NCBI GenBank assembly: GCA_002269645.1
Contig: NIVC01002775.1
Span: forward strand, 62,001 to 126,000
Origin: Macrostomum lignano
Lineage: Eukaryota
Length of the DNA stretch: 64,000 nucleotides
Direction: 5' to 3'
The number at the start of each line of letters is the position of its first letter. Within the stretch, counting starts at the first letter, position 1. Both the position numbers and the translations under genes were made by a program. The notes below the pieces were generated by a model. That model was not told the origin of the DNA. It saw nothing but the letters and a program-made list of their open reading frames with translations, and made no database searches. Below are positions 61,686 to 64,000 of the stretch, piece after piece.

Positions 61686-62380
61686 GATCTCCCCGCGGAG
61701 CCTGTCCGACGAAATTCCGTGCTAAAAATGCGACTAAAAATTTTTTGTGAGCATTAAAAGGAGCTCCTTTCACGCTAAAATAGGTCAAACGAAACGCTTA
61801 AGAAAAGAAGCGAAGAGGGGGAGAGAGAGATAGCCATGAGATTCAAACTGGTTGCAACGCCTATTCCAGACTGATCTTCTTATCAATGTGAGCATTTTGA
61901 GCGCGGTTTCTGATTGCACGTTGAGGGAGCGCCTGCCGTTAGTCTCTTAAAATCTAAAAAGCGGTCTTCTACGACACCAATAGCCGTTGTTAATTGTCTG
62001 TACGGTGGGTGTATAACTGGTTTTCAGTTTATTGCACCTACGTATTCACTATTTTTACTAAAGTAACTTAATGAATGATCGTAACTTAGTGTACAACTAT
62101 AGAAGTCGTCTTATCTATAGGTAGGGAAAGTGATTATTATTTCAGCAGGTAACAGTAGCTAGAGAGACCAGACTAATGTACACCTTTTTAGCGAACACCT
62201 GGGCTATTCCCGCACCTGAAAAGCGAGAACACTTGCGTGGTCTTTGCTGAAAAAGTGAAGCGCGTCTAAAAACTCCGAAGAGTATTTGGTCATCGGCATG
62301 CAGTGTAAGTGCTTTTAGTTCTCGCTAACGCATGAAAAATGATCTTCTAGTTTGGAAATTACTCGACTAAAGCTGATCGC

Positions 62381-62930
62381 GACTTGGCCTTACTTTCGAT
62401 CGAAGTCTTCAAGACGCGACTTGGCATTATTTTCGATCGAAGTCTTCAAGACGCGACTTGGCCTTACTTTCGATCGAAGTCTTCAAGACGCGACTTGGCA
62501 TTATTTTTGATCGAAGTCTTCAGACGCGACTTGGCCTTACTTTCGATCGAAGTCTTCAAGTCGCAACTTGGCCTTACTTTCGATCAAAGTCTTCAAGACG
62601 CGACTTGTCCTTAGTTTTCGATCTACGTCTTTAAGACATGACTTGGCCTTACTATTCGATCGAAGTGTTTAAGACATGACTTGGCCTTACTATTCGATCG
62701 ACATGTTTAAGACACGACTTGGCCTTACTATTCGATCGACGTCTTCAAGACGCGACTTGTCCTTAGTTTTTGATCTACGTCTTTAAGACATGACTTGGCC
62801 TTACTATTCGATCGAAGTGTTTAAGACATGACTTGGCCTTACTATTCGATCGACATGTTTAAGACACGACTTGGCCTTACTATTCGATCGAAGTCTTCAA
62901 GACACGACTTGGACTTACTATTCGATCGAT
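62381..62930. repeat. 36-38-bp minisatellite (GACTTGGCCTTACTTTCGATCGAAGTCTTCAAGACGC), about 15 copies
   Basis: Direct inspection. Confidence 0.9.
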
Positions 62931-63331
62931 GTCTTTCGTTGTGTGTGTGTGCTTTTACATGTACTTTATACATTATTAATATTTTCTGTTCAGCCATAGA
63001 CATGCTTTGAACGCTCTACAGGTATGAGCTTGAAGCCAGCGATCGCTATCTAAAAATACACAAGACAGGAAATTCTAAATCCTACTGGAATGACAACTGA
63101 AACAGCGGTGAGGACTTTTTATACAAGATAAGGCTTACTGCGATTGCCACAGACATGGGATTTTTTTGCCGCATCAACTTAGATTGCCACTAAGAAGAAT
63201 CATCTTCGTTCGCCTTATTTTGTCTTAGTCTGCTTACAAGCACTAATATGCCAGATTGACTTTCCTGAAGCCAAGTCTCTGCGTCCTCTGCAGAAGTTTT
63301 GCGTCCTCTGCAGAAGTTTTGCGTCCTCTGC

Positions 63332-63757
63332 ATGCCAAATAAATGCGCCGTTTTTGGCTGCAAGTCCAGCCGCGAGTCGGCAACGGCACGGTCAGCGAGG
63401 ATTTCATTCCACAAGTTTCCGAATCGAGACGACCTGCTGGAAAAATGGTTAAGGAGCATTTTCCGAGAAGCAACTTTCAAGCCATCGAAGCACACTCGAA
63501 TTTGCTCTCTTTACTGCACGGAATCAGATTTTATTGCTGAGAATCAGGACAGCAATGCATTTCGGAAAAAGAAACAACACGTAGAAGGTGCCAATCTTGT
63601 AAAAAGAATATTAAGAGAAGATGCAGTTCCCACCCAATACAGCACGACCAGCATGACATCATATTTCACAAAAACTCCACTAGCTTCGCGATCAGGAAAC
63701 GCATCTTGTCGCAACGGCGTCACGAGATCGATGTCGCACAAGGGAAACAACAAGTGA
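63332..63757 (+). CDS. THAP-domain ORF (141 aa), fourth Zn ligand altered; likely transposon-derived or pseudogenised
   Basis: MPNKCAVFGC...FHKFP...KW...PSKHTRICSLYC...LREDAVPTQ; the canonical CSxHF reads CSLYC. Confidence 0.7.
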   Translation: MPNKCAVFGCKSSRESATARSARISFHKFPNRDDLLEKWLRSIFREATFKPSKHTRICSLYCTESDFIAENQDSNAFRKKKQHVEGANLVKRILREDAVPTQYSTTSMTSYFTKTPLASRSGNASCRNGVTRSMSHKGNNK

Positions 63758-64000
63758 GGGATTATTTTGCCAGTGAAAGAATTCAAGGTCGCTAAGTTTT
63801 CGAAAGAGAATTGAAGCCGTCCGGATTTACTGCGCATCAACCAGCAGACACTCTCAGCATTATGCTTATAGCTAATGGTCTACCTCCCATGGTCAAGAGT
63901 TGCATAGCCGTGAATTGTAAGTTGGAAGTCCTAGTTTTTTATGGCAGCCGGGCAGTATCGCCAAAACAGTACAGCCACATCATTCCAGTGTCCTCAACTC

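Overview
This is eukaryotic (animal), repeat-rich DNA with spliceosomal introns. It resembles the flatworm Macrostomum (inference from the minisatellite-filled introns, TACATGTA-rich tracts and transposon spectrum; not verified). Host genes: (i) a co-oriented minus-strand cluster at 0-12 kb, comprising an unresolved ORF or ORFs, SPT4, GDP-D-glucose phosphorylase (GDPGP1) and a putative Sm/LSm-fold protein, with operon-like spacing; (ii) ubiquitin-eL40 (UBA52); (iii) an SLC26 anion-transporter cluster, with one complete 4-exon gene (about 710 aa, with STAS), two intronless paralogs that lack STAS entirely, and a pseudogene fragment; (iv) a two-exon IFI27/ISG12-family gene with a signal peptide; (v) two THAP-domain sequences. 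The rest is dominated by minisatellites and transposons: a 7.5-kb foldback element with an 8-bp TSD, RNase H-bearing LINE copies, a three-tier Gypsy > Tc1-like > LINE nest, a perfect head-to-tail Helitron dimer whose two units carry different satellites, and a palindromic MITE. There is no CRISPR array and no rRNA. The best candidates for novel biology are the conserved STAS-less SLC26 paralogs beside a full-length SLC26, the putative trans-spliced operon, and the signal-peptide, Cys-flanked ISG12-like protein. All alignments and exon calls were made by eye, so repeat boundaries are approximate.
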